A stretch of DNA of 64,000 nt from Marsupella aquatica (Eukaryota > Plantae > Marchantiophyta). Shown piece after piece: positions 24,401 through 37,759 of the stretch (positions are counted from its first letter, which is position 1; each line of letters begins with the position of its first letter). The position numbers were made by a program, and so were the translations under genes. The notes beneath the pieces are model-generated. The model did not search any database and was not told where the DNA came from. It saw only the letters and a program-made list of their open reading frames with translations. The stretch lies in NCBI GenBank assembly GCA_973895155.1, contig OZ316899.1, forward strand, positions 4,095,241 through 4,159,240, given 5' to 3'.

Positions 24401-27400
24401 TTAATGTAAGAGGAAGAGATGCAAAGTAGTCAAAGGCTCCTTCCCCAAGGTGGATGAGAGCAAGCCAACAATAGACACGGGTCCAATGTCAAGTAGTCCA
24501 TTCATCCAGCTCCTGGCCAAACTCCAACAACAGGTCGGGTGTCTACAAAAAAGGAAAATGTGGGGAATAGTTTCCACAGTGCCGACACACAGAGTACAGG
24601 AGCCGTCAGATTTGTCCATCCTGAGAGCCCTAGAGCCAGAGAAGAGCCCCTGAGCCAAATCCGCCAAAGAAAAGTTTTTGCCTTAGTGGAGAGATCAGCA
24701 CTCCACACCACTACCCAGACCCTGCACCAATCAGCCTCAGTCAGGGTTTCATTCCAGATCCGGTTGAGCCTGCCAAAGTCAGACCCCTTAGGGCAGAGCA
24801 TTTCATACACCCGGTGATTAGAAAGCCTAAAGCAGTGGGGAGCAACATCTTTGTCAAGCCACCGCCATTGCCTGGCTATAGAGTCAAAAGCACGTCCCCT
24901 GAAGGCCGATCCGTGAATAGCCTGGATAAAGGCCAGCGTCCCCAGTTTCGCCTCCCAAGAGAGTCCCCTGAAGCGTGACAGCAAAGCATCCACAGATTTC
25001 CACTCATTGTCCGCATGAGACCACAGGTCAGAAACCGATCGAAAACCCAGACGGCCACAGATCTTAACAATCTCCAAAAGGTGCAACTCAGGAAGGTCAT
25101 AGAAACCGATCATACTCCGTAGCAAATCCTCCATACCCCAGTGGCCAGGGATAGCAAATCCCCTAGGTGAGAAAATAAGATTGGCTCGCACTAGATCCCA
25201 AGCAGCCCATAGTTGACCAGTGTAGATGAATCTCCCAAAAGAGCGTGGGGTGCTGAGTAGCATCTTGTCCGACATCGAGTACCTGTTCCTGCGTACTGTC
25301 TTATAGTTCCTCCATTTGATAAGGGTGAGATTCTCTGCATACAATAAAGCCCATTCAGAAGTTGGATGATCGAGGGCTCCGGTGAACCACTTACTCAACA
25401 GTGCATTAGAGTGGCTTCGAAAATCCTTCAAATCGAGGCCACCATCTCCCTTGGGCCGAGTAAGCTTCTCCTATGCCACCAGTGGAACACGCTTGCCCCC
25501 CAGCTCATTAGTGCCCCATAAAAAGATTTTGCTCAGAGCAATCAATTTCTTGGTCAATGCATGAGGTGACCGCAGGAACATCATGTGGTACACCGGAATG
25601 GCCTGCAACACATGCTTCACAAGTAGCAATCTGCCAATAAAAGATAAAAAGCATGTTGACCAAGAGGAAAGCCTAGATCCAATACGATCTAGACAGAAGC
25701 AGTGCAACTGACTCTCCGATAATCTACTCCCAAAAGGGGCACCCAGATACTTCTGGACGGTATCAGGTTCACTGATGACGCACCCGGAGTCCTTCAGCCA
25801 ATCAGGAATCACATCCAAAGAGAGTGGAATAACAATAGATTTTCTCAGGTTTAGCTTGGCTCCCGTTGCAGTCTCATAGCAGTGAATTGCATCACAAGCT
25901 TGATTGAAGGCCACCTCCATAGCAGGGATAAAAATATCTAAGTCGTCAGCAAAAAACGGAAACAGATATTCAGAGACCGAGAAACCTGGATACCTTGTAG
26001 CCTACCAGCATGGATTTCAGCACTGAAAAAGTCCATCAACGGCTATGTGGAGAGGGCAAAAAGTAAGGGTGACAAGGGGCAGCCCTGTCTCACACCCCGA
26101 AGCATCCAAACATTGGATGTCCAGAGTCCATTAACAAGTACCTTGGAGCTTGCATTGCTGAGGAGCGATTTAACTACAAAGATAAAATGAGGGCCAAGCC
26201 CTAGCAGGTGCATTGTTTCCCAGATATACGAGTGGTCTACCCGATCAAAAGCTTTTTTGAAATCCAATTTGAGGAAGAGAGCAGGGGTCTCTGTGTAGCT
26301 GAGCCAGTCATTCATTAGCCAGGTTAGAGAGATGTTTTCTAAGATGTGACGACCAGGGATAAAGCCAGTTTGCTGAGGATTGATCAGCTTAGGGAGAAGC
26401 ACCTTCAATCTCAGAGCCAACAACTTAGCCAGAATTTTGTATGTGGTTGTCAGCATAGTTAAAGGTCGCCAGTCACTTAGTTTCCTTTTATCAGTTTTCT
26501 TGGGGATGAATCGAATCACCCCATCTTTGATGCATTGTGCAAGCTCTCCCGTCCTCCAAAACTCACAGACCATGCAGTGAAAGTCTACTTTCATAAACTC
26601 CCAGCAGGCCTTGAACACCTCCGTAGTCATTCCGTCCACCCCTGGAGCTTTGTCAGCAGGCAGCAACAACAATGAATTGTGTAATTCCTGTAAGGATGGA
26701 AGCTCTGCAAGTCTCCGGATTTCACCGGCAAAAGGGGCAAAGTGCGTGTGACTGCTCAACATCCTGCGGGCAACTGATCTCTCTCTTAGGAGCACCGGGC
26801 TCATCTCGGGTGGTGAATATAGTTCCTCACAGTATCTATGCACTTCCTCCACAATAAGTGTTTCATCCTGGATCACCCTGCCTCCTTCAACTAATAAAAT
26901 TTCCATTTTTTCCCTCAGACGTTTAGCCTTTACTAAGGAGAAATAGAATTTAGATGGTTTGTCTCCCTGGCCAAGCCATTTGATCCGAGAGAGCCTGCGA
27001 TTGTGATGTGCTTCTTCAAGATCCATCGCGCGAACACTGTCCGCCGTGGAGGAGAAGTCTTTGATGCTATCCAATGAGTAGTCATCCATGATAGTGATTT
27101 TTAAAAGACATAGCTTCTCTTTAAGTCGAGACAGTTCAGCGTCCCTGGGTAACTTCAGGGACTGGAGCTCCATGTAGCAACTACGAAGCCTTTGAAATGC
27201 CCGGTCAAATTTCAAGTGGGGGGGAGCCGGATCTTCAGCACCAGCATCCCAAGCCAATTTAAGTCGTTCCAGATTCCTGATGTCTCAGAGCACGGCCGGA
27301 TTGGCCTTAAAGTAAGTGCCTCTGTGCATCAGTGATTCCACTAGGGTAATTGGTCCCAGACGGAAAGAAACAATCACAGGATCATGATCGGACAAGGCAG

Positions 27401-28088
27401 AAGTTCCGTCATGAGTGAGATCAACAAGCTCATCAGTCCATCTTCCTTTCTCGCTGAAGTAGAACCTATCAAGGTGGGATTGAATAAGTACACCATTGCG
27501 CACCCTGCGCCAAGTAAACCTGGAACCTGCCACCTCGTCCAGAATGGTAAGCGCGTCTTGCAAATTGAGGCAAGTTTTTAGAAACCTCCAAAACTCCAAC
27601 TCTCGACCAGAAATCAGAGGGGACAGGCCGGTAGAATCGCAGCAAAGTTCAGTCATATTAAAATCCCCACAGAGGATCCAGCGGTCACTAGGAAGTTCAT
27701 TTCAAAGGTCGTTCCACAGCAAGATCCGCTCACCCGTAGTATTCGGTGCATATATTGATATCAGGCCAAAATTTCCCTCTGCATGCGCCAACCGGGCCCA
27801 TACAGCACGTCCCTTATCTAACAAACCGGTAGAAAGAACGGTAAAGGAGGGGTGGAGGAGAATAGCCGATCCTCCCCTACCCTCATCTGGGGCAGAGTAG
27901 AGGTGGTGGTAAGTAGGTAAAATAGTTCTGAGTGCAATGTCCAGACGAAAGCTGTCAGCTTTAACCTCTTGCAGGGCCAGGGCATCCAGAGGAGTACGTA
28001 GGGAAGAAATCCATTTGGCCACTACCAATTTTCGGTCAGGATCGCATAGGCCACACACATTCCATGAGGCAAAACGAAAAATCTTCAT
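24401..28088 (-). pseudogene. LINE ORF2: AP endonuclease, reverse transcriptase, C-terminal zf-RVT-like region
   Basis: SWNVCGL, LQEVK, SHLDRFY, SDHDPV, KAPGVDG, WRPLTML, KLDFKKAFDRV, RQGCPLSPLLF, FADD and KYLGAPF; several frameshifts. Confidence 0.95.
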
Positions 28089-28420
28089 CAGCCTCCCTCT
28101 CCACCCTAAACCTTCATATTCGGATAACTCCATGTCAGAGGGGATATCCGATGCAGAGAGCTCCTCATCGCCTTCATCCATTTCTTCAGAAACCCCCTGG
28201 ATATGCTCAAGACGCGTCTCAGTTGGTAACACAAGGGCCAGAGCCAAAGGGTCCGCTTCAGACTCCTCGGGAGCCTCCAAACGTGCGAGGGGAGCAATAG
28301 TGTTCAGTTGTTGTAATTCATGGAGGACTCTGGGCATTTCTTCTTGATCCGATAGCAATTGGGTAGCTGTGACTTCTAAACTGAGGGTTACAGCAGACTC
28401 ATCAATAGCCTGAGCAATCA

Positions 28421-29310
28421 CTACGGGGGGCCGGGGCTATCATCTAAAGGAACATTCCCGAACAGCACGATTTCGTTATCAAGCGGTTCACCAGGATCGA
28501 GAAGTGGTATGGCCAACTCGCCAATGGGTGTAAGCTCTGTGTGTGCAGCTTCAGAGCGTCGACAGTCACTAGAGGTCGGCGGGGGTACCCTCATGACCAG
28601 ATTAGGAGGGTCAGACGCAGGAGGAGGGGGTGGGATCAGCACATCCTCCTCAACAGAGGCTGCAGGTGCCTCGTGAAGTTGGCAGTCCCGTGCAAGATGT
28701 CCCTTCTTTTGACATTGATAGCAGTGAAAGGGGATGTTCTTAAAAATCACAGGCTGCCAAATGGAAAGGCCCACCTTAATCTGCACCTCAACACTCCATG
28801 GCACCTCTCGTTGAGTATCCCATAGTATACAAGCCCGGTCGTGCGGGTAGGAGCTTAACATATCACCCTGGATGTAGTGTAAAATATCCCCAAGGGAAGA
28901 AGCCAACCTCCTGCGGCAAGGCTCCAACACAAGAGCACGGAAAGGAATGTTGATCCACACTGGCAGCATCATGTAAGATTCATTTCGCACATCAAACAAA
29001 GGGTCCCAAGGAAAAGAGAAAACAAATTTTCGATCTAGAAACCATGGGGCACTAGCCAGCGCCAGATCCCGGTGTTCTGGATGCTGGAATACCACCATAT
29101 AGAAAATTTTCCCCACAAATTTCACTTGGGTAACAGGCCACTGCTGCTCCTTCACAAAGGTATTAGTCACCCAGAATTTGAAGGTGGGTAACATAGGAGT
29201 CCTATCAGTAAAATAACACATCATTGTACAATTAAAGAGCTCCTTCACTGTATCCGCAGCTTCTTCTAGTGACCAGGAGATAGTGGTATGCAGTTTAGAA
29301 GGCCAGTCTA
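28421..29310 (-). pseudogene. LINE ORF1 (DUF4283-like with zinc knuckle)
   Basis: PWFLDRK..FPWDP, PVWINIP and CYQCQKKGHLARDC. Confidence 0.85.
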
Positions 29311-29324
29311 AAGTGCTATGTATT

Positions 29325-31940
29325 GGTGTTGTGAATTCAGTGTATGACAACAAATGGATGTTGGATTCGGGTTCCTCCTATCACGTGTGTCCAACGCAAT
29401 TGTATTTCTCCACTTACCAACCTTGTACCGGTACTGTGGAAATCGGAAATGGAGTCCGATGCGCGATTGTTGGCATGGGGACTATCAAATTTTGGATGTT
29501 TGATGGTATTGTGCGAGCACTGACGTTTGTAGATGATTACTCTCGAATGTGTTGGCTATACTACATGAAGGAGAAGTCTTAAGTCTTTGAGATCTTCAAG
29601 GAGTGGAAAGCCATGGTGGAGCTACAAACTGGGAAGGAGTTGAAGTGTGTTCGGTCCGATAACGGTGGCGAGTATAAGTCCAATGAGTTTGATCAATTTG
29701 GTCGGGACCTTGGCCTCAAGCGTCATTACACTGTACCGGAGACCCCGCAGCAGAATGGAGTTGCAGAACGGTTGAATCGGACAATACTGGAGAAAGCATG
29801 CAGCATGCTTTGTAAGTCTAAGTTGCCCAACAACTTTTGGGCTGAAGCTGTCAACCAAGCTGCATATGTCTACAATCTATCACCGCACAGTAATAAGTTG
29901 ATGCAAACTCCATTTGAGTTGTGGTATAAGAGACCTGCTGATTACTCTAGACTTCGAGTTTTTGGTTGTGCTGCCTATGTTCACATTGAGCAGACACACA
30001 GGTCTAAGTTGGATCCCAAGTCTAAGAAATGTATTTTTCTAGGCTTTAGTCCTGGGCAGAAGGGCTATAAATTGTGGGATCCTGTCGATTGCAAGGCAGT
30101 TGTGAGCAGAAATGTTGTTTTTGACGAAGAATGGTTGTCAAGACCCCGGGATATTCAGGAGGAACAGGTGGAGGAACCCACTACGGTGGAGCTTGGTGGT
30201 GATGAGGAAACTGCTGGTCCCTCTGGTAGAGGTGCAGTTCCTCAACCAAGGCGCTCCACCAGGGCCAATTTTGGCCAACCCCCTGATAGATTTGGTTTTG
30301 CAGATCCTCGTGTTCACGTTGTTGAACATGACGATGATCCCGGTGTTGTTTTGCTTACTGAAGATGGAGACCCCTCTAGCTATGAAGAAGCTATGGCCTC
30401 TCCAGAAGGATAAGTGGTTGGAGGCGATGTTGAAGGAGATGAATTCTTTGAAGAAGAATTCAACTTGGCGCTTAACTGACATGCCTCGCGGGAAAACACT
30501 GGTTCCGTGTAGATGGTTGTACAAGAAGAAGCAGGATGGCACTTACAAGGCACGCCTTGTGGCCAAAGGGTACACCTAGAAGGAGGGCTTGGACTACACG
30601 AAGATTTTCTCACCAGTTGTCAAACTCGCTACTATCCATGTTTTACTTGCGATTGTGGCATTCTATGATCTTGAGTTAGATCAGATGGATGTAATTACTA
30701 CTTTCCTGCATGGATTGCTTGATGTAGAGATTTATATGACTCAGCCTCCAGGTTTTATTGACGAGAAGACCAGACACTTGGTGTGTAAGCTCTTGCGCTC
30801 GTTATACGGATTGAAGCAAAGTCCCAAACAGTGGAATAAGCATTTTGATTCCTTCATGTTATCTCAGGGGTTCACACAAAGTGAACATGATTGTTGTATT
30901 TACATGAAAGAGGTGGAGAATTACTCACGCTTTGGTTACATTGTGCTGGCATTGTATGTGGATGACATGCTGATCCTGGCTGAGAATAAGTCTGATGTTG
31001 CTCATCTCAAAGCAATGCTAAGTAAGGAGTTTTCAATGAAGGACTTGGGTCAGGCCAAGAAGATACTAGGGATGGAGATTCATCGTGACAGGGAGCTGAG
31101 GCAATTATGGTTGTCTCAAAGGCAATATTTGGAGAAGGTACTTGCCAAGTATGGAATGGAGAATGCAAAACCAGTTGGTACTCCATTGGCTTCCCACTTT
31201 AAACTCTCAAAGAATGATTGCCCTTCTAGTGAGAGTGATAGATTGGCGATGAAACATGTTCCCTATGATAGTGTTGTGGGTAGTTTGATGTATGCAATGA
31301 CATGCACTAGACCTGACATTGCCCATGCTGTTAGCATTTTGAGCAGATTTATGGCAAATCCTAGTAAGCTTCACTGGGAAGCAGTGAAGTGGGTTTTGCG
31401 GTATCTGAAAGGTACCTTAGATTGTGGGATCTTATTTGACGGTAAAGCAGACTCTACATTAGAGTTGGAAGGTTTTGTAGATTCAGATTATGCTGGTAAC
31501 TTGGATAACAGGAAGTCTATTATAGGCTATGTGTTCATGCTGGGTAGAGGTTGTATCAGCTGGAAGTCAGCAACTCAATCCTGTGTTGCGTTGTCTACAT
31601 TGAGGCTGAGTACATGGCTGCCTGTGAGGCAACCAAGGAGCTAATCTGGCTACGAAGATTGGTGAGTGATTTGGGTCTTTCACCTGAAAGACCGGTGCTG
31701 CTATGTGACAGTCAAAGTGCTTTGCATTTGGCTAAGAACCCTGTGTTCCATGCTAGGACAAAGCACATTGATATTTGTTATCACTTCATCCGTGAGGTGA
31801 TTGAGACAAAGCAAATGTATCTGGAGAAGGTGGCTTCAGAGGAGAATGCGGCAGACATGCTTACCAAAGTTTTACCTACCAGTAACTTTAGTCATTGTGT
31901 GGATATTATTAATGTTAGGGCCAAACCGGAGACTATGTAG
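29325..31940 (+). pseudogene. pol: Copia pol (PR, IN, RT, RNase H) with internal deletion, stops and frameshifts
   Basis: WMLDSG; RSDNGGEY and PQQNGVAER; YKARLVAKGY, LYGLKQSP and LYVDDML; DSDYAG, CDSQSA, TKHID and ADMLTK. PR is fused directly to FVDDYSR, so the GAG-pre-integrase/Zn finger region is deleted. Confidence 0.95.
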
Positions 31941-31998
31941 ATATGTTACTTAGTTACATATTGTATATATCACCTGACTCATTGTGTGAACTGGAGTC

Positions 31999-32009
31999 AA
32001 GGTGGAGAT
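31999..32009 (+). promoter_or_regulatory. Copia polypurine tract
   Basis: aaggtggagat directly before the 3' LTR. Confidence 0.85.
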
Positions 32010-32302
32010 TGTTAGGAATTGACTCGAGTTCCCGACTTAGTTAGTTTGGCCTTACTAAGGTTAGTTAACCCTAGAGTACATTAGGATAAGATCCACTTAT
32101 TTTAGGCCCACTCATCTTGGCCCCCTTGGGGGGTATAGGTTGGAGGGAGAGAACTCTCTCCCTCATTCTTCACATGTACTCTCATTTGCTATGGAGCCTT
32201 CAGGAGTTTTTGCACTCGGGGTGTCTCGTCGGTGTAGCGTCTGATTGAGTGTCTCTCATGTTTCCGCATTGCCATCTAGTTTGGAGCTGACGGTTTCTTA
32301 CA
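32010..32302 (+). repeat. Copia 3' LTR
   Basis: Direct repeat of 20971-21263. Confidence 0.95.
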
Positions 32303-32955
32303 AATAGAACATGGGACAACGGAAACGGATAGCAAACAACAGCCACAGACACGGACACCGGACACGGATAGCGGACATGGACAACGGACATGGACACCAT
32401 ACAAGGATAGCAGATAGTGGACAACAGCCACAGATAATGGCTACGGATAGCGAACACGGACAACGGACACGGACATTGGACACGGACAGCGACCACGGAT
32501 AGCAGACAATAGACAGTGGACACGAATAGCAACTTAGCCCAAGGCCACGGGTTAGCTATGTAACTCAGGTTAGCCTAGTAGTTTATACCCCTTCTCAATT
32601 GCGGGGGCATAACTTTCTCTATATTTGCCCAAATTGGAAAGAGGATCTCAAGCCGCTTCCAACGTTGCTATCCACATGGCAGATGGTTGAATAGAGAAAT
32701 CATGAGAGGAGGTGCAAGCTCGCAAAAACTGTGAAGGAGGACCAAATCTGAAATACATAGTCAATTTGAGATAGAAATAAAGCTACGAGTTAGGGTTCAG
32801 TAGTTAGAGATAGTGACGACTCTGTTAGGGCTGGGATGGGGGTCCAATATCCACCCATTTGGGCTCAATATGAGAGTATATAGAGCAGCCCCCTGGTAGA
32901 GGCAAGGGGGGGGGACTTCACTTGTGTGATCTCAAGTAAACTAAGCAGTAGGGAG

Positions 32956-33299
32956 GAGGTATTTACAAAAGACAGCAAAATAGGAAACATGAGTTAATAA
33001 AAAAAACTGGTAACAGGAAAATGGGCGAGAACAAAATTTGAATTTTTTTTGCAATTTTTTTTTGCAATTTTTTTTTTGGTCGACCAGTTTCTTTTGCTAG
33101 CGCTCGGCCCTACTAATAGTAGCGTCCAAAGCTAGCCAAAAATGTTGCATAGTTAATTTTTTCTAAAAATGATATGTTTTAGGAGACATTTTTAAATCGT
33201 CATTTGTACTGGTAACAATGATTTTTTGCTAGTAACAACATATTAAAAACAAGAAAAAAAGTTCTTATTTACCTGTTTCCTGTCTCCGTCACTATACCC
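32956..33299. mobile_element. MITE of the GGGG-terminal Mutator-like family (no TSD; adjacent ~270-bp deletion of LTR A)
   Basis: Ends gaggtatttacaaa / tataccc are homologous to MITE 51963-52293 in inverted orientation; internal tagcgc-tcg-gcccta at 33098. Confidence 0.75.
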
Positions 33300-34699
33300 A
33301 TTGAGGGGCAACAGGAGGAGCATTTACAGTTTAGTCTGGCAAGGCTACGTGATCCATGGGGAGTCCTGGCCTTTGTCTGGTAGAGAGCACTAAGGGATTT
33401 ACGGTCAGAGCTAAGCTTGTAGGGCAAGCATGAGGCCAGGCCTCATTGCAGTCTGGGGTAGATCGCCATTAGGCCTGGCACCAGCTTTGAAGTTGAGTCA
33501 ACTGTGCATGTGTAACTTGACATTTTGAAAAGGAGGTGTGAGATCTGTATGTCCCCCAAGAATGAATTGCAATGAAAGAGGTTGAGTTCAGGATTGAGTT
33601 TGCAAGGCAAGTACGGGGTTGGTTTGAGTCCAATCTGCCATTGCAATCTAGAGTGAGCTGGGCTTAGGTTTGGGATTGAGCTTGCATGGCAAGCACGGGA
33701 TTGAGCAAGCATGGCAAGCACGTCACAATCTGGAGTAGACACCCTTTGGGCCTATTGTTTGGATCAAGTGTTCTCAATGAACTATTGTGCACATCTTTGA
33801 ATCTAATTGAGTTTTCCTCTCAGACCTCATTAATTTCTCTCCTAGATGTGTGTGTGTGAGGCAATTTGAGTGTATGATGGGACTAGTAGCGCCACTAAGA
33901 GGTGTACCACATGCATTGAAGTGGGTTGGGTGAGGGCTGTCATAGCTCTGATTGCTGAAAGTGGAATGGCAAAGTAGTGGAGCAATGGCTTAGAAGTCAC
34001 TAAGCCAGGAATCAGTACTCCTGGTTTATGGGTACATTCCAGCGGCAAAATAGAAACATACCTATGGCAGTAAGCATACGTATAGACATATGCGCACCGT
34101 AGCGCTAGGCTCTGTGTGTATGGGACCGATATGAAGGCCCCTTTTCACCAGAACTGTCATGAGCGCAGGATCTGATCCCAAACCTTGGTTCCTTGGGATT
34201 GAGCTTGGGTGATGTGTGATAGAGTCTTGCTATGATAGTCTGGCATTAAGGGCATAAACTGGTGTTTACCAGCCTTCATAGCATCCCTTTGTGATCCTTA
34301 GGTACCAGGAGATGGTTTTGGCACCCAATAGTGATGTTTTCGGTGTTAAGACCCAAGTCAATTGCGTGACAATAAACAACTAAAGAAGACTCAATTTCTT
34401 CATGAAGATGCTCCCTTGTAAGCATTATAGTTGCAATTAGACTCTATGTTGTACTCTGAGGATGCAAAGCAATCCTCTACCCAATATATGTGATTCTCCC
34501 TATCAATCCAATTGGCCCAATCCTCTTTGAGTCTCTTGCGCTTGGAGATGGTCATGCACTGATTCTACTTGGTTTGGTCAGGAGCTTTGGCTAAACCCTA
34601 AACCCTCAACCTTAGTATCAGAAAGCACAACAGAAGGAGTTTGCACCAACATGGAGGATGAGCCAACTGATGGCTCACCAAGAACTCTCATTCTTGCCC

Positions 34700-36400
34700 T
34701 AGAGTCCTCTCACTCTAGGACCAATGTATAGGTAGAGTCAGCCTTCTATCGCAAGGGCAGAACCAAGATAATGATGACTTGGATGCCAACGTCCCTAAAA
34801 TGACTTATGCATTAAAAGACTTTATCATGGATTGTGATCACGCAAACGTTGTGGCAAACACATTTGAATGAACTTTAGGTTTAGTGATATGTAATCACCT
34901 GCCTTGAGGTGGAATAGTTGGGATTGCTTACCTAGAACCACATTGAAGTCACAAGAGGGAAGAGTGTGATTGGACTAGCAATTTTCCTACCCTATTGTAG
35001 GTGTCTATTTCAACATGAAATTTTTGTACGCATCTAAGATGATCGAGGAATGATGGGTGTTTAAGTGAGGCTTTAAAGACTTGACAATAAGTGACTAGTA
35101 AGTCTATAATCGCTTGCCTTGTGTAAGAATATTTGAGATTGGGTACCTTTAACCATGTTTTACTCACTAGAGGGAGAATTGTGATTTCACAGGCATAATG
35201 TGGCATGTTGTACTTGGTATGCATTTGATGTCATAAAAAATGGAAGAATGGTTAAGGCAGGCTTGTAAGAAGTTACAAGCTAGGAGAGTCCTACTAGAGT
35301 CTGAGGTGGGTGTTTGGGCTAGCAAGGCATAAGCAAGGTGGGAAGTATAGTCACTTTGAGAGGAAAATTTTGCTTGTGCGAGGATTTTTCTTTATTGTTT
35401 GCTCATATGTTACAATAACTCGATTTACTAGGATACGCCACAACAAACTCATCCTTTTGCATCAAAACTACTCCAAGTCTTACTCCACTCCAATCAGTTT
35501 GTAGCTAAAATGGTCTTTCTGAAATGGGTCTTCTCAAAACAAGGGATAACACCAAACTTTCCTTCAACTCCTAAAAGGTATGCTCATGGCGGAATTTTTT
35601 GAATGTTTGCTTGCACGTTACAATAACTCGATCTACTAGCATACGTCACAACAAACTCATTCCCCTCACTCATCATTTTGCATTAGCACTATTCCAAGTC
35701 CTACTCCACTCCAATCAATGTGTAGCTGAAATGGTCTTCAAGCTCAAAGTAGGGGGTGACACAAAACTTTCCTTCAACTCCTAAAAGGCATGCTCCTGGT
35801 TATCACCCCAAATCCACTCCTGATTCAACTTAGTGAGTATGGTTAAAGGTTTAGCAAGCTGGCTAAATCCCTTAACGTACCTCTTGTAGTAGCTCCCCAA
35901 TCCCAAGAATGCATGAAATCTACTTTTGGTCTTGGAAGAACTTACACTTGCCAAGATGGAGTTTCAACCCATGTTCTCTTAATCACTCCAACATGATTTG
36001 TAAGTAGAGGTATAGACCAGAATATCATCAATATAGCATCTAAGAAAGTCCAAACTTGCAAGAATTTGATCCATAACTCTCTGGAATTCAGCTGATGCAC
36101 TCTTTAAGCAAAATGGTAAGAACAACCACTGATACAAATAATCTTTGTCATACCAATCAATTCCCTAGAATGATGTCTTGGATCTATGAGAATGCCTAAC
36201 TGGCAACTAATGGTATCTTGCTCTAAGGTCCAATGAACTAAAACCTTTGCATGTCCCATAGCATCAAAGATCTCCTTTGGTGTGGGCGTGATATTTTGAT
36301 TAGATTTTTTTTGACAATTAATAGGTCGGTTATCACCACACATTCACCTATCTGTGTAATTGCCATGCACATCCTTCTTAGTTGGCATAACTATGGTAGA
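34700..36400 (-). pseudogene. pol: Degenerate Ty3/Gypsy pol (RT, RNase H, integrase remnants)
   Basis: MCGDNRPIN..IFDAMGHAK, YIDDILVY at ~36015-36040, and PFQLHIDWSGVGLG..YASRS; RT-RH-IN order. Confidence 0.85.
35405..35795. repeat. ~200-bp tandem duplication of the RNase H segment
   Basis: gttacaataactcgat..acaacaaactcat..ccactccaatca..aaatggtc..acacaaaactttccttcaactcctaaaagg occurs twice. Confidence 0.8.
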
Positions 36401-36859
36401 TGCATACTCCCCTTATGAGATCTCCATCAAATTAACCAGCCTCCAACAAATCTTGAGTTTTTCTCTGGATGAAGGCCCTCTCCATATCACTATATCAATA
36501 TGGTCTACAAAAGATTGACGCATCACTAGTCAATTCAATCTTTATCTTATCCAAATCCTTCATGCTAAATGCATAACAATTCTAGTAACTCTTCAAAAAT
36601 TGATGCATGCAATGTCTCTCATGTCGTGTCAACTTAGGACCAATCTGTGATGCCCTTACCTGGATTTGAAGAGATAGCTAATGATTGTTATTTAGTAAAA
36701 GTTTGAGCGGTTCCTACCTGCTCAACAATTTGTCCAGCCTAGCTTGGCCAATCCTGCCATAGGTCCATGGACTGTCTTCTTGCCCCCAATTGTGGTTGAT
36801 ACTATCTTAGTAGGCCACAAAATCACCAATGGACAATCAATAACACCAGTAGAGCACAT

Positions 36860-37700
36860 CCGCATTTGTTAAGCTAATCCCAAGCTGATAATCCAACTCA
36901 AACAATTCAAATCCATCATTACTTGATCAAGGACCTGGCGACATGAGCTCTTTGACATAGGGGCAACTACATTGGTGCCTGTCAAAAATCTCATAGCACG
37001 CTCCCTTTCATTAACAATAGGCTCCACTAACTACTGTAGAGCTATGTCCCACACAAGTCCTGGGCCACCTGCTCCAAATGCATATGCGGTAGAATGGCTA
37101 ACAAAAGTGGGTAATGCACAACTTGGGCACCCAACTACATTAACCATTGCCACTGGAGGTTTTTCAGGTTGCGTCAAATCTTGTGCATGATACCAAGGCT
37201 GTTGAGCAAGGGATGCTACCAAATGCGTGCTTCAACACCTCACATGGTAAAAACATTGTCCACCATAAGCGTGGATGATGTGCACAAGAACCCACACGTG
37301 TAACATCCAATAACATAGCAAGTCCAATCCATGACCTGACTTGATGAACACTAGCAACAATTTGATGACGATCATCATCCAACAATGGCACATTCTCCAA
37401 AATATAGGCATCTAGGAGAATGTGTCTGATGCAAAACCCATAACATCTCCCAAAATAATGCAGATCATGAAGTCTATGTCCCACTCTAGCTCTAGATTGT
37501 CCCTGACATGGCCAACCAGCAATCACCAAATCAATGGGGCCAACATGATGCAAAAGATCGACCCCCAATAATAAAATATCAGTAGGTAGTGCATGTTGAT
37601 AGCCATGAACAACATCCATTGGCAACAACTATGGATAACAATCCACCAACATAGCCACATGATGCAATGAGACCCTCCGTGGTATCGCATCTCTCTCCAC
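36860..37700 (-). pseudogene. C5-cytosine DNA methyltransferase domain upstream of Gypsy RT
   Basis: IDLVIAGWPCQGQS (motif IV, catalytic PC), YILENV (VI), AHHPRLWW (VIII), EP..NERERAM (IX) and RQVLDQVMMDLNCL (X); motif I lost at a junction near 37705. Confidence 0.88.
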
Positions 37701-37759
37701 TAATGTCATTCATGGTAGTAGGGTTTTACCTTACAAACGCACTGAGGCTGAAACAACTG

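Larger units (their letters stand above)
23818..29310 (-). mobile_element. L1-clade LINE, 5'-truncated, inserted antisense in Copia
   Basis: 14-bp TSD aagtgctatgtatt (23804-23817, 29311-29324); A-rich tail at 23818-23850 on the minus strand; ORF1 and EN-RT ORF2. Confidence 0.96.
20971..32302 (+). mobile_element. Ty1/Copia LTR retrotransposon, structurally complete but inactivated
   Basis: 293-bp LTRs (TG..CA) with about 12 differences, 5-bp TSD AATAG (20966-20970, 32303-32307), Met PBS, PPT, and gag-PR-IN-RT-RH order. Confidence 0.97.
20612..34371 (-). mobile_element. Solo LTR, family A copy 2, interrupted by Copia (20971-32302) and a MITE (32956-33299)
   Basis: 20612-20970 and 32308-34371 are the reverse complement of copy 1; termini tgttaggg / gcgtgaca; flanks agaa/ataa. 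Confidence 0.85.

Noticed and set aside
29311-29353. Start of LINE ORF1 as given by the ORF track (MLSYTEF..)
   Set aside because: These codons lie in Copia sequence and the TSD beyond the LINE's truncated 5' end.
34588-34605. Telomere-like ctaaaccctaaaccct
   Set aside because: Only two units; compatible with chance.
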